Counted from the stretch's first letter, positions 50,241 through 63,324 are shown. The stretch is DNA of 64,000 nt from Selaginella moellendorffii (GCF_000143415.4 NW_003314341.1:522394-586393); one strand, 5' to 3'. The notes: generated from the sequence alone by a model not told the origin. Translations and numbers: made by a program.

Positions 50241-53200
50241 TCAACTTATGCTCTCTCTTCTCTGGCACGGGCACACATGTTAAAAAAAGGAATCAACGTG
50301 CAGTGTCAAATCCCGAAAAAGAAATGAGAAGAAAGGGAGAAAAAAGAAAATGATCACACCTTTTCAACCAGCCTTCCCTCCAAATCTCTGATGCGAGACT
50401 CTAAAAGAGCATTTGCAGCGAGGGCAATATCTAGTTTCGTTGCCAGTTCACTCGATGTTCTTGCTGCCTGCATGTTAGAGGCGATGAGAATAACAGGAAA
50501 CAAAAAAGAAAAAGAAAAATACCTCATCTCGCTCCCCACTGATGACTTGCACCATGGAATTTAAAATCTCCTGTGTCACGAGGAACACGTCAAAAGGCAA
50601 CACTGGCAAGTATCCAGTACGGAACCTTTTCTTTCTGTAGCGCCTTTGATGCGTCAGACTTCTCTTTGGCAAGCTCAAGAGCGAGTTCTGTTGCTTGTGC
50701 TTCTGCCAGGTTGCACATTCGCCAAACCTGAACGTCACGATCAGCTACAAACGAGCGCAACAAACTTTTGTAGTTTCTCACCCGGTCCTGTTCTTGTATT
50801 GCTTCACGTAGCCTTTCGTCCGTCTTCTCTTGCTTTTGTATCGCCTCCGTAGCTTCCTTCTTACATTTTTCTGCTGCCTCTTGCAGCTTCAAAAACTGCA
50901 AGTAACGACGATAACATTCTCAAGCCGTTTGCAAAAAGAACAAACAATACCTGCTCTTCGGCTACTAGTACTTGAGCTCTTGCTGACTCATTCTCAGCTT
51001 TCATGGCAGCCATGGCTTCATCAAGCTTAGCCTTTTCTTCTAAAGTGTCTTGCAATTCAAGCTTTAGCGTCTGGCTGTAGTTTTCAAGTTGAGCAACATG
51101 CTCCTCGCCTTTGTCCTTGTGCTCGTATTCCTCGAGTTTGGCTGCACAACTTCCAAGTCGCGTTAGGATCATTCCTTTGGCATAATCAATTAGTGAAAAC
51201 ACACGAACCTTTACAGAGATCGAGTTCCATCTTAAACCTCACAACGTCTGGATGATGCTCTACTTGTTTGCGTAACTGTTCAATCTCTTCTTTCATTTCG
51301 GAAGTTCCATCATCACCGTCAGTAGCTGGACGGCCACCCTCAACTCTTTTGATAGCACATTCACGCAACCTCGTTATCATTTTTTGCGACTGCAAACATT
51401 TGTTAATGCTATGCAAACTATAGAGCGTTAACCCTTACCTGTAAAGCTGTTTCCAGTCGCTCACAAACCGCTTGTGCAGCCTCGTACTTCGTGGCGAGTT
51501 CGTGCAGCTCTAGAGCTGATTTCCTTTCAGCGGCTAGAGACTGCTTTGTAGATTCAGATAATATATGTTCCAAGCGGCTGATTCGCTCGCTTTCTAAAAA
51601 TCAAACAAAATGATCAATACCAATAAAGAATGAGATGAAAAACAAGGGGATACCTGGGAGTGCCTCTGCCGCCACAGTTGGTATCGAAATCAGCGATGGA
51701 GCTCCAATATTTGCTGAACACATTTTACGCAAGCTATATCAGAAACAATACTATACAAGACACAATATAGCTCTACCTCGCAGTGTTGCAATCTCGAGTC
51801 TAAGTCTCTTTATTTCCTCGCCCATAATAGCTGGATTACCAAGCATGTCCTCGTTAACAACGGCAGCGTTTCTCATCAACTTCGCTCTTTGAGCAAATTT
51901 AAGAGTGGAAAGCGTTTCCTCCCCATTCTTATCGGCTGGACTCACATTCGCTATTAGCGTACACTTCGAATTTCCACCCAAAGCGTCCTGGTCCGCACAC
52001 GAGTAAAATTCCTAATTCAAACGACTGAACACAAACCTTCAGCAGGAATGTAAGCTTCGAGTCCCGGTAAGGAACGTGCCTTACTTTGCCTTCTGATATG
52101 TCCACAAGCGCCTGCAAACAATTGAAACCACTTTTACGTTTTGCTAAACATCTGCTGCTCATGTTTGCTTACCTTTATAACGTTTCCAAGTGCGGACAAC
52201 GATTTATTTATACTCCCAGCTTCTTTGAGTCGAATCCCAATAGTCTCGCTGTACTTCTGACGCTCAGATCCTGCTAAGTCAACAAGATAAAATCTCGATG
52301 TCTTTCTGTTCATCACTCCACCAACAACACGCTACCACAAAGAACACAATGAGCATAAGAGAAACCAAGCTAGCAGTTTAAAGCGTACCTGAGACTCGAC
52401 CACTAAAGTAAACACGCTATGTGACCTACTGCTTTCAATGTTCATAGCAGTCATCCCGACGTGCCGGTTTTGAGATCCACGCCGAAAAACTCCATAAGTA
52501 GCTTCTGCAGATGGCACGACCACTTCCTGGAGACCATCCACATACATTCCATTCTTCGTATCCTCGCGGATATCTGAAAAGCTTTAAGGAACAGCAAGCA
52601 AAGAATTGCAAGACAGCAAAAAGGATACTTAAATGAGCGGAGTCGGGATCTAGAAGATCTTGCACTTGCTCGTTATATATCTGCACGAAAGCTGAATAAG
52701 GAATGGTGGTGAAGCAGTTTACGAACCTGAAGATACGAGCACTTGATGCCATATTCAACATCCTTCTGCCGCTGAAGAAAAAACAGCACAAGAGTGAAAA
52801 AAAAACTGGTCGCCAACGGAATATACAACCTCCTTTTTCTCCTCTCCCATTCTCTGGAACATGTAGTCCAAAATGCGAGGAATCAGGCCACGCATTTCAT
52901 GCGCTTGAGCCTGATCCTCCGTGACACTGAGACCTGCCCTTGAGCGATGGAAGTTCGGGTGAGAAATCCACTAGCCAAAAACAAAGCAAAAGAAAAGCTC
53001 AAAGCTACCTTCCATTGTGAAGGTCTTTCCAGCACCAGTTTGTCCTGAAAAACCATTGCATGTCAAAGCTATACATGAATCCGAGACTTTTAGACCAAAC
53101 TCCTACCGTAAGCAATGAGACAGCAATGGTATCCTTGCAAGCAAGCATCCGTGATGGGCTTCCCCACTCTTTGGAAAATATCTTCCTGTAGAAGGGATTT

Positions 53201-53487
53201 ACAGTGTGAGCTGAATCACTAGAGAAAAATCAATCACAAACCTGGCCAACGTCCTCATCGGCAACATAATCAAACTTGAAGGATCTGGCAAATGGCGTGA
53301 CACTGAGAGTGAGCGTCTGAGCTGCGGCATCGACGGCAGCAGCCTTCTTGTAGCCCTGCTCGTGCTCCCGCTGATTCGGCGGCCTCACCCGGACAACCAC
53401 CTGGACATTGGAATTCGTGGGCTGATCCGCGGCGGAGAAGGCATCGCCATCGCCATCGATCTCGATGCCGCCGTTGGAGGCCGGCAT
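50241..53487 (-). CDS. N-terminal motor kinesin (kinesin-12/KIF15-like) with coiled-coil tail, many exons; 3' end approximate
   Basis: [55 protein letters not shown] and [13 protein letters not shown]. Confidence 0.9.
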
Positions 53488-53813
53488 TGCCCCTGCCCTC
53501 CTCACCTCAAGAACCCTAGCCTAGCAGCGCTACTACACGAAAACGTAGAAGGCGCGAATGAGCGCATTTTAGGTCAGCCGATTCATTTGCCGCGCTTTTT
53601 CTAAAGTTCGATCGAATTGGACGGCTGGGATTCGATGGCGGAAGCGCGATTCGAACTCTAAGCTCTTGAGTTAGAAGAACCTTAGGAATTCAATATGATT
53701 CCGGATATGCAAATCCACTAGGAGCCCGTGTGTCGATCGGTGCGTAGGACAACTCAGATCCACCAAAATTATATAAAAAAGAGACTCCACCCCTGAATTC
53801 TCCAAGTAGAGAG

Positions 53814-55145
53814 ATGGTTCCAGCGATGGTTGTATCAAGCAACAATGGCGATGGTGGCAAGCGTCCCCCACACTTGGTCTTCGTCCCATACAAAGACAAA
53901 GGCCACACTGCACCATCAATTATCCTCGCCAACAACCTCGCCATTCTTCACGGTATTTCCATCACTGTGATCTTCGCGTCCGCGAAAGAATTGGAATCCT
54001 GGCCATCGCCGGCGAGTCCCCACATCCAATTCATGGCTCTCGACACGCAGGGAGGAACAAGAAGTAAGTCCGAGGCTCTCACTGCCACGCTGGACGAGCT
54101 CAAGCGCTCGGCCTCGCCACCCGTCGCAATTCTAGTGGATATCATAGTGATGTGGAGTGCTGACGCGATCCGACATAGCAATCTCCCCAAGTTCGTGCTC
54201 TACACTGCTAGCTGCTCGTATTTGTCCGTCATGCTGGGGATTAAGGCACCTCTGCCCGAACCGTGGATCGATGAGTCCCGGGCCGCGTTCCAGTTGGGAC
54301 TCGACGATCCCGAGATGCCGGATATCGAATCTCACGATTGGAATGACGACAGCGGGGAGGCGCAGGCCGTGCTGGTGAATTCGTGCGAAGAGCTCGAGCA
54401 GGAAGCTATGGCCGAGCTGATCAGAGCCCAGCCTCGGATCCCGCCAGTTCTTCCCGTCGGCCCCTTGCTAGCGATCGATGTCAATCCCAAGGCAGTGGGG
54501 CAAGAATCATCGCCACCCAATGCCGATGCGTGCAAGCAGTGGCTGGACGAGCAGCAGCCCTCGTCAGTGATCTTCATCTCGTTTGGCAGCAGGACGTTTC
54601 TGGCAGAGGAGCAAATCCACGAACTCGCGGCTGGATTGGAAGCCAGCAAGCGGCCATTCCTGTGGGTTCTTCCAGTCCCGCCAACCTGGGCCGATGGTTC
54701 GACCAAGGACTACCTGGATCATGTTCTTCCCGACGGATTCCTGGCGAGAAATCAAGCCGGGCTCATCTTGTCCGGATGGGCGCCTCAGAAGATGATCCTC
54801 CAGCACAGCTCCCTGCTAGCATTCGTGACGCACTGCGGCTGGAATTCCGTGCTCGAGTGCCTCTACCTGGGCGCCAAGCGGATGCTATGCTGGCCGTTCG
54901 GCACGGACCAGACCCAGAACGCTCGATTCATCGAGGAGGAGCTCAAGGCCGGGGTGGAGCTGGAGAAAGATCCCAGTGGAATCGTGCACAGCAGCGAGAT
55001 CCAAACCAAGATCGAGGAGGTGGCGACGCTGGAGGCCAGGAACTCCTCTGGCAATGCTGCTACTGCTACAGAGCTCGTGAGAAACGCGAAGAGCTCCTCC
55101 ATAAACCTCCAAGCATTTGCAGGTAGAGTGCGGGCCTACGTTTGA
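53814..55145 (+). CDS. Family 1 UDP-glycosyltransferase, intronless
   Basis: N-terminal KGH catalytic His, CKQWLDEQ..SSVIFISFGS, PSPG box WAPQKMILQH...FVTHCGWNSVLE...WPFGTDQ. Confidence 0.95.
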   Translation: MVPAMVVSSNNGDGGKRPPHLVFVPYKDKGHTAPSIILANNLAILHGISITVIFASAKELESWPSPASPHIQFMALDTQGGTRSKSEALTATLDELKRSASPPVAILVDIIVMWSADAIRHSNLPKFVLYTASCSYLSVMLGIKAPLPEPWIDESRAAFQLGLDDPEMPDIESHDWNDDSGEAQAVLVNSCEELEQEAMAELIRAQPRIPPVLPVGPLLAIDVNPKAVGQESSPPNADACKQWLDEQQPSSVIFISFGSRTFLAEEQIHELAAGLEASKRPFLWVLPVPPTWADGSTKDYLDHVLPDGFLARNQAGLILSGWAPQKMILQHSSLLAFVTHCGWNSVLECLYLGAKRMLCWPFGTDQTQNARFIEEELKAGVELEKDPSGIVHSSEIQTKIEEVATLEARNSSGNAATATELVRNAKSSSINLQAFAGRVRAYV

Positions 55146-56264
55146 CGTGACATTGGCGTGGCTAGGCGATCTGAAATCTTGGGCTAGGGTTTGTACAAGA
55201 TCACAAGATGTTTGTAAAGGTCTGGCCTTGTTATTGTATAAGATGAGCTTGCTGATTGTGTTGTCCAAAGATTTAGATCATGAGCTGTTTTGGAAACTTT
55301 CAGACACGTCAAGGTCACCAGCATTTAAAAATCCAACCTGGATAAATGCTTCTTTTGTAGTTGTCGTTGTTGTTTTGTTCGTAGGCCCATAGGCTGTTTT
55401 TTGTGGTGGTGGATATGTTCGCTCTCGAGTAGATCAGAGGCTTGCTGAAATCTGGAAACTCTTGCCGAAAACCTAATGCACTGACTGCTGAAATTTGGGG
55501 AGTCTCAACGTCGCTCTAGCGCCCCAACACTCCATACTCACCTTTTTATAACTGGTCTGTGGCAGAATTTTCCTGGTTTGGTAGGGTGACGGCAGGCAAG
55601 GATATCGTTGTGGTGGCTTCTCTCTCCCAAAACCACAAGAATATGGTGAGTATTGTATTGTATTATGAGTTAGAATTGTGCATGGCTGGTTCAAATCGGT
55701 GGGACAGAGGGATGAACCTCAGCAAATCGTAACAGCAAGATGCTTGATAATAATACTTGTCATTGCTCCTTTGTTACTCCAGTTTTGTCCCATCGTCTGG
55801 CATGGGATCAAATGTTGTCAATTGTTTGAGATTTCCTTGATGCGACTGTGAATAAACTTGCATTCACCAACCTCATGCTTCAAGATAGGTGTTCCTCGCT
55901 CCTTTGCCCCGTTCAAACACAAAGCCATGTCACTTGCTGGTTATAGCGGTAAACGTGACAATGGCGTAATCAAAGAAGCAAGCTCGTCTCTCTTCTTTCG
56001 ACAAGTCAAGCTGCAACACAGTTCTCCCAAGTTGAAAACGAACGAGGCGCATTTAGGTGACCCGATTCATTCGCAAAGTGGACGGCGCGTTCTTTGGAGC
56101 TCGAAGCTTCTAGGAAAAACGTATGAATCCAATAAGATTCATACATACAAAGTCATACGTGTCAAAGAGCCCACATCTATACGTGTCAAACGATGCCTAG
56201 AACAACTCACAACCAAAAACATACAAAAGAGACTCAAAACCCATGGAGATTTCCAAGTAGAGAG

Positions 56265-57602
56265 ATGGCTCCAATGGTAGTATCAAGCAACAACGGCGAT
56301 AACGGTAAGAGGTCGCATCCCCCACACTTGGTGTTCCTCCCGTTCAAAGACAAAGGCCACATTGCGCCGTCAATGATCCTCGCCAACAAGCTCGCCATTC
56401 TTCACGGCATTTCCATCACTATGATCTTTGTGTCCGAGAAAGAATTGGAATCCTCGCCATCGCCGGCGAGCCCCCAGATCAAATTCGTGGTGCTCGACAC
56501 GCAGGGAGGAACAAGGAGTAAGTCCGAGGCTCTCACCGCAAAACTGGACGAGCTCAAGCGTTCGGCCTCGCCACCCATCGCAATTCTGGTGGATATCATA
56601 GTGATGTGGAGTGTTGACGCGATCGAACGTAGCAAGCTCCCCAAGTTCTCGCTCTACACTGCTAGCTGCTCGTATTTGTCCGTCATGCTGGGGATTAGAG
56701 CTGAGCTGCCGGAACCCCAGATCGATGAGTCCCGGGCGGGGTTCCAGCCAAGGATCGACGATCCCGAGATGCCGGATTTTGGATCCCACGATTGGAAACG
56801 CGACCTCGGGGAAGTGCAGGGAGTGCTTGTGAATTCGTGCGAAGAGCTCGAGCGCCAAGCCATGGAGGAGCTGATTAGAGCCCGGCCCCGCATCCCGCCA
56901 GTTCTTCCCGTCGGCCCCTTGCTAGCGATCGATGCCGATTCGCCCAATCCCAAGGCAGTGGGGCATGAACCATCGCCACCCAATGCCGAGGCGTGCAAGC
57001 AGTGGCTGGACGAGCAGGAGCCCTCGTCGGTGATCTTCGTCTCGTTTGGCAGCAGGACGTTTCTGGGCGAGGAGCAAATCCGCGAGCTCGCGACTGGATT
57101 GGAAGCCAGCAAGCGGCCATTCCTGTGGGTTCTTCCAGTCCCTCCACACTGGGCCGATGGCACCAAGGAATACCTGGATCATGTTCTTCCCGATGGATTC
57201 CTGGCGAGAAATCAAGGCGGGCTCATCCTGTCTGGATGGGCGCCTCAGAAGATGATCCTCCAGCACAGCTCCCTGCTAGCATTCGTGACGCACTGCGGCT
57301 GGAATTCCGTGCTCGAGTGCCTCTACCTGGGCGCCAAGCCGATGCTATGCTGGCCGTTCGGCGCGGACCAGCCCGAGAACGCTCGATTCATCGAGGAGGA
57401 GATCAAGGCCGGGGTGGAGCTGGAGAAAGATTGCGGTGGAATCGTGCGCAGTGGCGAGATCCAAACCAAGATCGACGAGGTGGCGAGGCTGGAGGCCAGG
57501 AACTCCTGTGGCAATGCGGCTACCCTAAAAGAGTACGTGAGGAATGCGCCGAGCTCCGCCAAAAACCTCCAAGCATTTGCAGAGGCTCTATCACAAATGT
57601 AA
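56265..57602 (+). CDS. Family 1 UDP-glycosyltransferase, tandem paralog
   Basis: Co-linear with the first copy, PSPG box ending WPFGADQ. Start placed at MAPMVVSS by analogy with the first copy. Confidence 0.95.
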   Translation: MAPMVVSSNNGDNGKRSHPPHLVFLPFKDKGHIAPSMILANKLAILHGISITMIFVSEKELESSPSPASPQIKFVVLDTQGGTRSKSEALTAKLDELKRSASPPIAILVDIIVMWSVDAIERSKLPKFSLYTASCSYLSVMLGIRAELPEPQIDESRAGFQPRIDDPEMPDFGSHDWKRDLGEVQGVLVNSCEELERQAMEELIRARPRIPPVLPVGPLLAIDADSPNPKAVGHEPSPPNAEACKQWLDEQEPSSVIFVSFGSRTFLGEEQIRELATGLEASKRPFLWVLPVPPHWADGTKEYLDHVLPDGFLARNQGGLILSGWAPQKMILQHSSLLAFVTHCGWNSVLECLYLGAKPMLCWPFGADQPENARFIEEEIKAGVELEKDCGGIVRSGEIQTKIDEVARLEARNSCGNAATLKEYVRNAPSSAKNLQAFAEALSQM

Positions 57603-58140
57603 GATTGTTAGATTGTTATTCCATAAGCTGTTTATAATAGTGTTTGTAGATAAACTTACAGATCGATTTACTGAGCTCTTTGATCCGCTGATTTGTCCTC
57701 GCTTTCTCTTGTCTTTGGACACTGTTTCTTGTTCTGAATTTCTTGCTCGATGGTATCGATGATATTGCTTGTAAACTGTAAGTTGCATAGCTCCTTTGCC
57801 AAGGTTGGCTATGTTGATGTTGTGGTTCAAATCTTCTTCATAGCTGGGGCAAAAGTGGATCTATGGTGCAGGGAGTCAGATCGTAGATCGTGTAAATTTT
57901 GGAAAGGGACTTTCTCCACAGCGCTGACCTCGATCACTCCCATTGCTGCGCGTGCCACCAACGTGAGCAGGCTATGTGTTGTGATCCTGTGATGGTTACA
58001 TCTGCCAGCTTCTGTGAAGTCAAGGATACATATTACACGGTATTGCAACCTATGTATTCATGCGCGTCAGGGAGCCCAGATCTTCCCGTGTCAATCGGTG
58101 CCAGAACAGCTCAGATCAAGACATAAACCTAATTAGAGAG

Positions 58141-59135
58141 ATGGCAACAGTGGCGATGGCGGGTTGCATCCCCGACACTAAGTGTTCGTCCCCTACAGAA
58201 ACAAGGGCCACATTGCACCGCAACTATCCTCGCCAACACGCTCGCCATTCTTCACGGTGTTTCCATCACTATGATCTTCTCGTCCAAGAAAGAATTGCAG
58301 TCGCTGCCATCGCCGGCGAGCCCCCAGATCCGATTCGACATGCAGGGAGGCTCTCACTGCCACGCTGGACGGGCAATTTGAGTGGACATCACGGTGATGA
58401 TGTGGAGTGCTGACGCGATCCGACGTAGCAAGCTCCCAAAGTTCGTGTTCCACGCTGCTAGCCTCACTGCTAGCTGCTCGTATTTGTCCGTCATGCTGGG
58501 GATTAAGGCACCTCTGGCGGAACCCTGGATCGATGAGTCCCGGGCGGCGTTCCAGCCAGAGGTGGCTTCCCGCAACTGGAATCGCGTCATCGGCCGTGCT
58601 GGTGAATTCCTGCGAAGAGCTCGAGCGTGTAGCCATGGCGGAGCTGATTAGAGCCGGATCCTGCCAGTTTTTCCCATCGGCCCTCTGCTAGCGATCGATG
58701 GTGAATCGTACCAAGGCAGTGGGGAAAGAAGCATCGGCGCCCAATGACGATATGATCTTCATCTCGTTTGGCAGCAGGACGTTCTTGGCCGAGGAGCAAG
58801 TCCGCGAGCTCGCGGCTGGATTGGAAGCGACCAAGCGTCCATTCCTGTGGATTCTTCCAGTCCCTCCACAATGCCACGATGGCTCGACCAAGGACTACCT
58901 GGATCGTGTTCTTCCCGAGGGATTCCGGGCGAGAAATCAATCCCCGGTCCGGGTGGGCGCCCCAGAGGATGATCCTCCAGCACACTGGAATTCCATCCTC
59001 GAGTGCCTCTTCCTGGGCCCCAAGCCGATGCTGGCGCTCGATTCATCGTGGAGGGGGTGGAGGTAAAGAAAGATCCCAGCAGTGGAATCGTGCGCAGCGG
59101 CGAGATCCAAGCCAAGATCGAGGAAGTAGCGACAC
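58141..59135 (+). pseudogene. UGT pseudogene (third tandem copy)
   Basis: Same sequence with many small deletions and frameshifts; the PSPG box is partly deleted. Confidence 0.9.
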
Positions 59136-59265
59136 TTATAATTCAATATAATGAGTCGGTGGTGGAGTGGGAATAAAGATCGCGAATAAGATATAAGATC
59201 GATATAGATATTATGAGATCGTTAACTACATTATAAGATCGCGGATTACCAAAACATGGATCTTT

Positions 59266-59715
59266 CTAAACAAACCCAGGCATTTCTGGCAGGGGTGGCA
59301 CTCCACCTGGAAAGTGGGACTCGTCTTCGCTTGAGCTACCAGCCCCAGGAACTTGGCCACTTCCATAGCCATAGCCAGTACTCCCAGAGCCCGAGCTGGA
59401 TCCATAGCCATAGCCGGAGCCACTGCCTCCGCCAGGGCCACCACCGTATCCAGAGCCATAGCCGCTCGCACTACCATCGCCACTGTAACTTCCACTGCTG
59501 GAACCGTAAGAAGAGCCGTCTGGAGTGTGGCCGTGGGAGCCGTGGTGATGAGAGTTCTTCCTCGGACGAGGTGCTGGAACGAAACCTCCAGCTGGAAATC
59601 CAGTTCGAGCTTGAGCTTCGTCTTCCCATTCCAGCTGCTTACGGCACTCTATCCCTTCCAAAACCACCAGCACAAGGAGAGCCACCGCCACTGTCTTCAT
59701 TGCCACTGTCTTCAT
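59266..59715 (-). CDS. Secreted Gly/Ser/Tyr-rich protein (cell-wall GRP-like)
   Basis: Signal-peptide-like N-terminus VAVALLVLVVLEGIEC, GSGYG-type repeats, and a TATA-like element about 35 nt upstream. Confidence 0.75.
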   Translation of the reverse strand: MKTVAMKTVAVALLVLVVLEGIECRKQLEWEDEAQARTGFPAGGFVPAPRPRKNSHHHGSHGHTPDGSSYGSSSGSYSGDGSASGYGSGYGGGPGGGSGSGYGYGSSSGSGSTGYGYGSGQVPGAGSSSEDESHFPGGVPPLPEMPGFV

Positions 59716-59870
59716 TTCAGCCTGCTGGAGATGAAGCAGAGAAGGAACTATATATACTTCCTCCTGTCCCTAAGTGGAGATCCAAGTTGCCTTTAAACTA
59801 GTTGCCGACTTCTTATCTAAAATAGTGAAACGAGCACTTACACTTGGGACGTCTTGTCAAGACGTCTACC

Positions 59871-60897
59871 TCAGAGGAGCTCTAGAGTGTTGTTGGCCAC
59901 CGCCTGGCAGAGTTCTTCCTCCGTGAATAGCACTCGGTGGGATGTGATTGCTCTAGGCGCGGGCCTGGGTTCCTCGATGCCATGTTCGTAATCGCCCGGA
60001 AAGAGATTAGCAGCCACTTGTTTCAAGTCTCCCAAGGCTATTCTAGCTTGAGGGGGCCTCGGTGCATGTCTTGGAGCCATCGGGGTGGTCGGTTGATCGC
60101 TAGTGCGACTGATAAAGAAAAAGAAAAAGAAAAAGGTGTTGGACGGAAAGAAAGATGGACGGAAAGAGTAATCGAGAGTACCTTGCAAATGGCCAACGTT
60201 CATTGGGTCTAGGAGTCATCAGCTCGAGCTCCACTTGACGCTCACGATTCGGTGTCCTGAAATCGAAATGGGACTGCTGGGCTATAAGGACCTGCCACAA
60301 GATTCCGAGATAAGCAGCGATAGGAGAAACCAGCATTTTCATACCGCTTGTCTGAATCGTCTGCAAACGTGGAAAGCAGGCTTGAGTTGATCATGGTGTA
60401 GACTGCAGACGATGCGAACCTAGCATAAAAAAGAGAGAGAGAGAGAGAAGAAAAAAACGTAGTCCAGTCAGTTTCATCTCCGGCATGGGCAATGATGGAT
60501 GGCTTACCAAAAGCTCCAGAGGAAGACGGTCAAAAGGCGATTCCTTCCGACGATCATTAGGGTAGAGCTGCCCCAATGGCGTCATTGGGGTTCTTGGCGC
60601 AAAACCCTCACTCCCCGCCAGCAAAAGCCCCTCTTTTCTGGTACGGGGCACGGATTTTGAGATGGCATAGCGGCACTTGACCTTGCCCTTGCGTCTCGGC
60701 CTGGAAATCTCTGTGGCGGCTTCCTGATAGTGGAACTTGGAGACATTGAGATTCATGACCGAGGACGATCGGCGATCCCTTGCTTGACACTGGCGGCACC
60801 GATAATACCCGGCAGACTGCTCGAACGATTGCCTCTGCTCATCGCGCGCATACCTCTCGTGCCGCCGGCACACACACCGCCTGTGAACAATGCTCAT
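59871..60897 (-). CDS. F-box protein (FBS / At4g35930-like), multi-exon
   Basis: F-box FDRLPLELL|VRIVCSLHHDQLKPAFHVCRRF, TPMAPRH, and C-terminal RVLFTEEELCQAVANN. Confidence 0.85.
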
Positions 60898-61116
60898 TCG
60901 CCGCCTACTAAGAACCCTAGGTGAAGAGCGGGAAACTTTGAAATTACTAGGGCGGCGCCGAGAATATGCTAAATATCGGATCTGCGAATGTACGTTTGGG
61001 CGGGAAAGTTTGAATTGTCTAGGTTAGCTCTGCCACGTCACAAGAAAAGAATATGTCGCAAACATTCTCTTTTCCTAGAATATACCGTTTCCTGAAGACC
61101 TAATTTCGGAGCTTCA

Positions 61117-63201
61117 ATGTCGCGAAGACGAAGGGGTGGAGCGCAGAGCAGCGGCCGCAGCAGCAGGAAGAGCAAGAGCCATTGCTCGAATCGATCGCAT
61201 TTTGTGGAGGCCGGATTTCTGAGTGATTGGAAGCCAAAGGGTAAGTCGTCGCGGCATTCTAGCTCAATCCTATCTGTTAGCGCTTGTAGAGGGACGCGGG
61301 AAGCATAGGGGCACCCGTAAGGATCTCGATCACGAATTTCTGGTCGTAGAGGACGAATACAAGAGTAAGTGCCTCACGATCATTGTGAAATTTTTTTGCT
61401 TAACGAAAAATGTGGCTCGCAGGAAGACCAAGCAGAGATGGTTCGTTTCCAATTCCGAGCGAAGCACAGGTTGGTTGAGTCTTGTTGCGTATGAACTTTG
61501 GCTGGAAAACGATTATTGCTACTCAGATAATTCTCGCTGCTCTTCCCACCCGAGCAGCCGTTTTCGAGGACAAGGGATCATCCATGGACATACCAAGCTG
61601 CTCTAGACGATCAACAAAGACAAAGACTCCAAGATCAAACAAAGCCAAAAATCACACCAAGTATGAGAAGAAGCCGAGTTCCAGCTCATCCTCGGACAGT
61701 GAAGACGATTGTTCCTCGAGTGTGGATTCGGACCTCGCTGAGGACTACGCAGGAAATCTTGGAAACGAGGTCTCACTGGAGGAGCTCTCCACGGAAATGG
61801 CAATGAGAGCCATGGCAATGAAAGTGGCTCTCGAGAGTGGTGACGAGATTGACGAGGAGTTTTTTCTCTCGGATTCCGACGATGACGAGAGCGCAGATGG
61901 CGATGATGGCTCCAGCAGCAGCGAATCGGTTGTCCATGCGGGGCTTGGATACAAGTCCGGCGATAGTAGCTCCGAGGACGATGACGACGTGGAAGCCGTA
62001 TTTTCCAGACAGGAAGCCCGTTTGAAATGTCTCGATCTGAGCGACAACGAAGAACTCATCGGAGTCATTGAGCCATCTTTCATTCTAGACAAAGGACGTA
62101 TAGAAAGAAAGAGGCTGGACACGGCTCGCTGGCAAAAAGGAGTACCTGGTAAGAGTTTCTTTTCATGACGATGTTTGAATCGTGTTTGATTGATTCCAGG
62201 AGAGAGGAAGAAATACAAAAAGGAATTAATCGCCCGCAAACGCAGAGAGAGAGCATTGCACCGGGGTGTTGATCTCGAGAGCATGAACGTGGTACGTATG
62301 AAGGCTGTGATTCATTTGTTGAGGTGAGAATTGTTAGCTTTTTCACAGATGTTTGAGAGCATGGTACTCAGCGAATGCGATATGCTTGCTCTTCAACCAA
62401 TGAAGCATAGGGACCTGACTCTGGTAATTAGACCACCTTCGCTGAAAATTGGATCGTAACTTATTTGTCTTTCACAGGTGAATAAGCTTGCTGCTGTATA
62501 CCGTCTGAAAGTCGGGGCTCATGGATCTGGGAAAAAACGGTGAATCAGTCGGGCTTTTTCTGTGCTCGGATTGTTTTTTACGTATCTGTTACAGATTTCC
62601 GACTGTGACACGAACCAGGCACACGGCTCTACCGCAAGGACTGGATATTCAGCAAATGTTAAAGGTCTAGCTTCCATTTTTTTCCATCTCTTATGATCTT
62701 TCTTTCTACCAGCTTCTGGGGCGTGAAAAAGAACTCGACGACTCGCCACCGAAAGCCAAGAAGGGTGAAGCTGGAAGGCTGGCTGCCAAGTACAAGAGAG
62801 CTGCTCGGCACGCTCGGGCGAGCATGGCACGAGAGAACGAAAAGCTTGAGCAGCATGGCAAGAGAAACAAGAAGCCGCTGAAGAAGAGAAAAGATGGCGA
62901 GCGATCATCTTCGATCCAGCAGCAGCCGCCAAGTTTCGTCTCGAGCGGTGTGCTCCAACCGGGTGACAATCCAGAAACTCCGGTGGTGCTTTTCTCCGAG
63001 ACGAGCGTCACTGTGAGGAGCAAAGAGAGCGTCGACAAAGCTCCACTCGGGAGCTTCGAAGCTCACACCAAAGGCTTTGGCTCGCGAATGCTGGCGAAGA
63101 TGGGATTTGTGGAAGGGAGTGGACTGGGAAGAGATGGACAGGGAATGACGCAGCCTCTTCTCCCTCGATCTCGCCCAAAATCGCTGGGACTTGGCGCTTG
63201 A
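61117..63201 (+). CDS. R3H-like and G-patch domain RNA-binding protein, multi-exon
   Basis: R3H-like VNKLAAVYRLKVGAHGSGKKRF, G-patch HTKGFGSRMLAKMGFVEGSGLGRDGQG...GLGA*, and an acidic middle region. Confidence 0.85.
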
Positions 63202-63324
63202 GCGATCAATCGATCGATCGATAGAGTACTGAAAATCTATGGCTGACTTACTGTTTAAATTAAGCGCCTGTTCCACGCTTACGTTTTCTGGCTAGGGCGT
63301 TCGTGACGCAAGAAATTCGTGGCG

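Noticed and set aside
56193-56264. N-terminal extension of the second UGT in the ORF track
   Set aside because: The paralog starts at the equivalent of 56265, so the extension is probably promoter or UTR.
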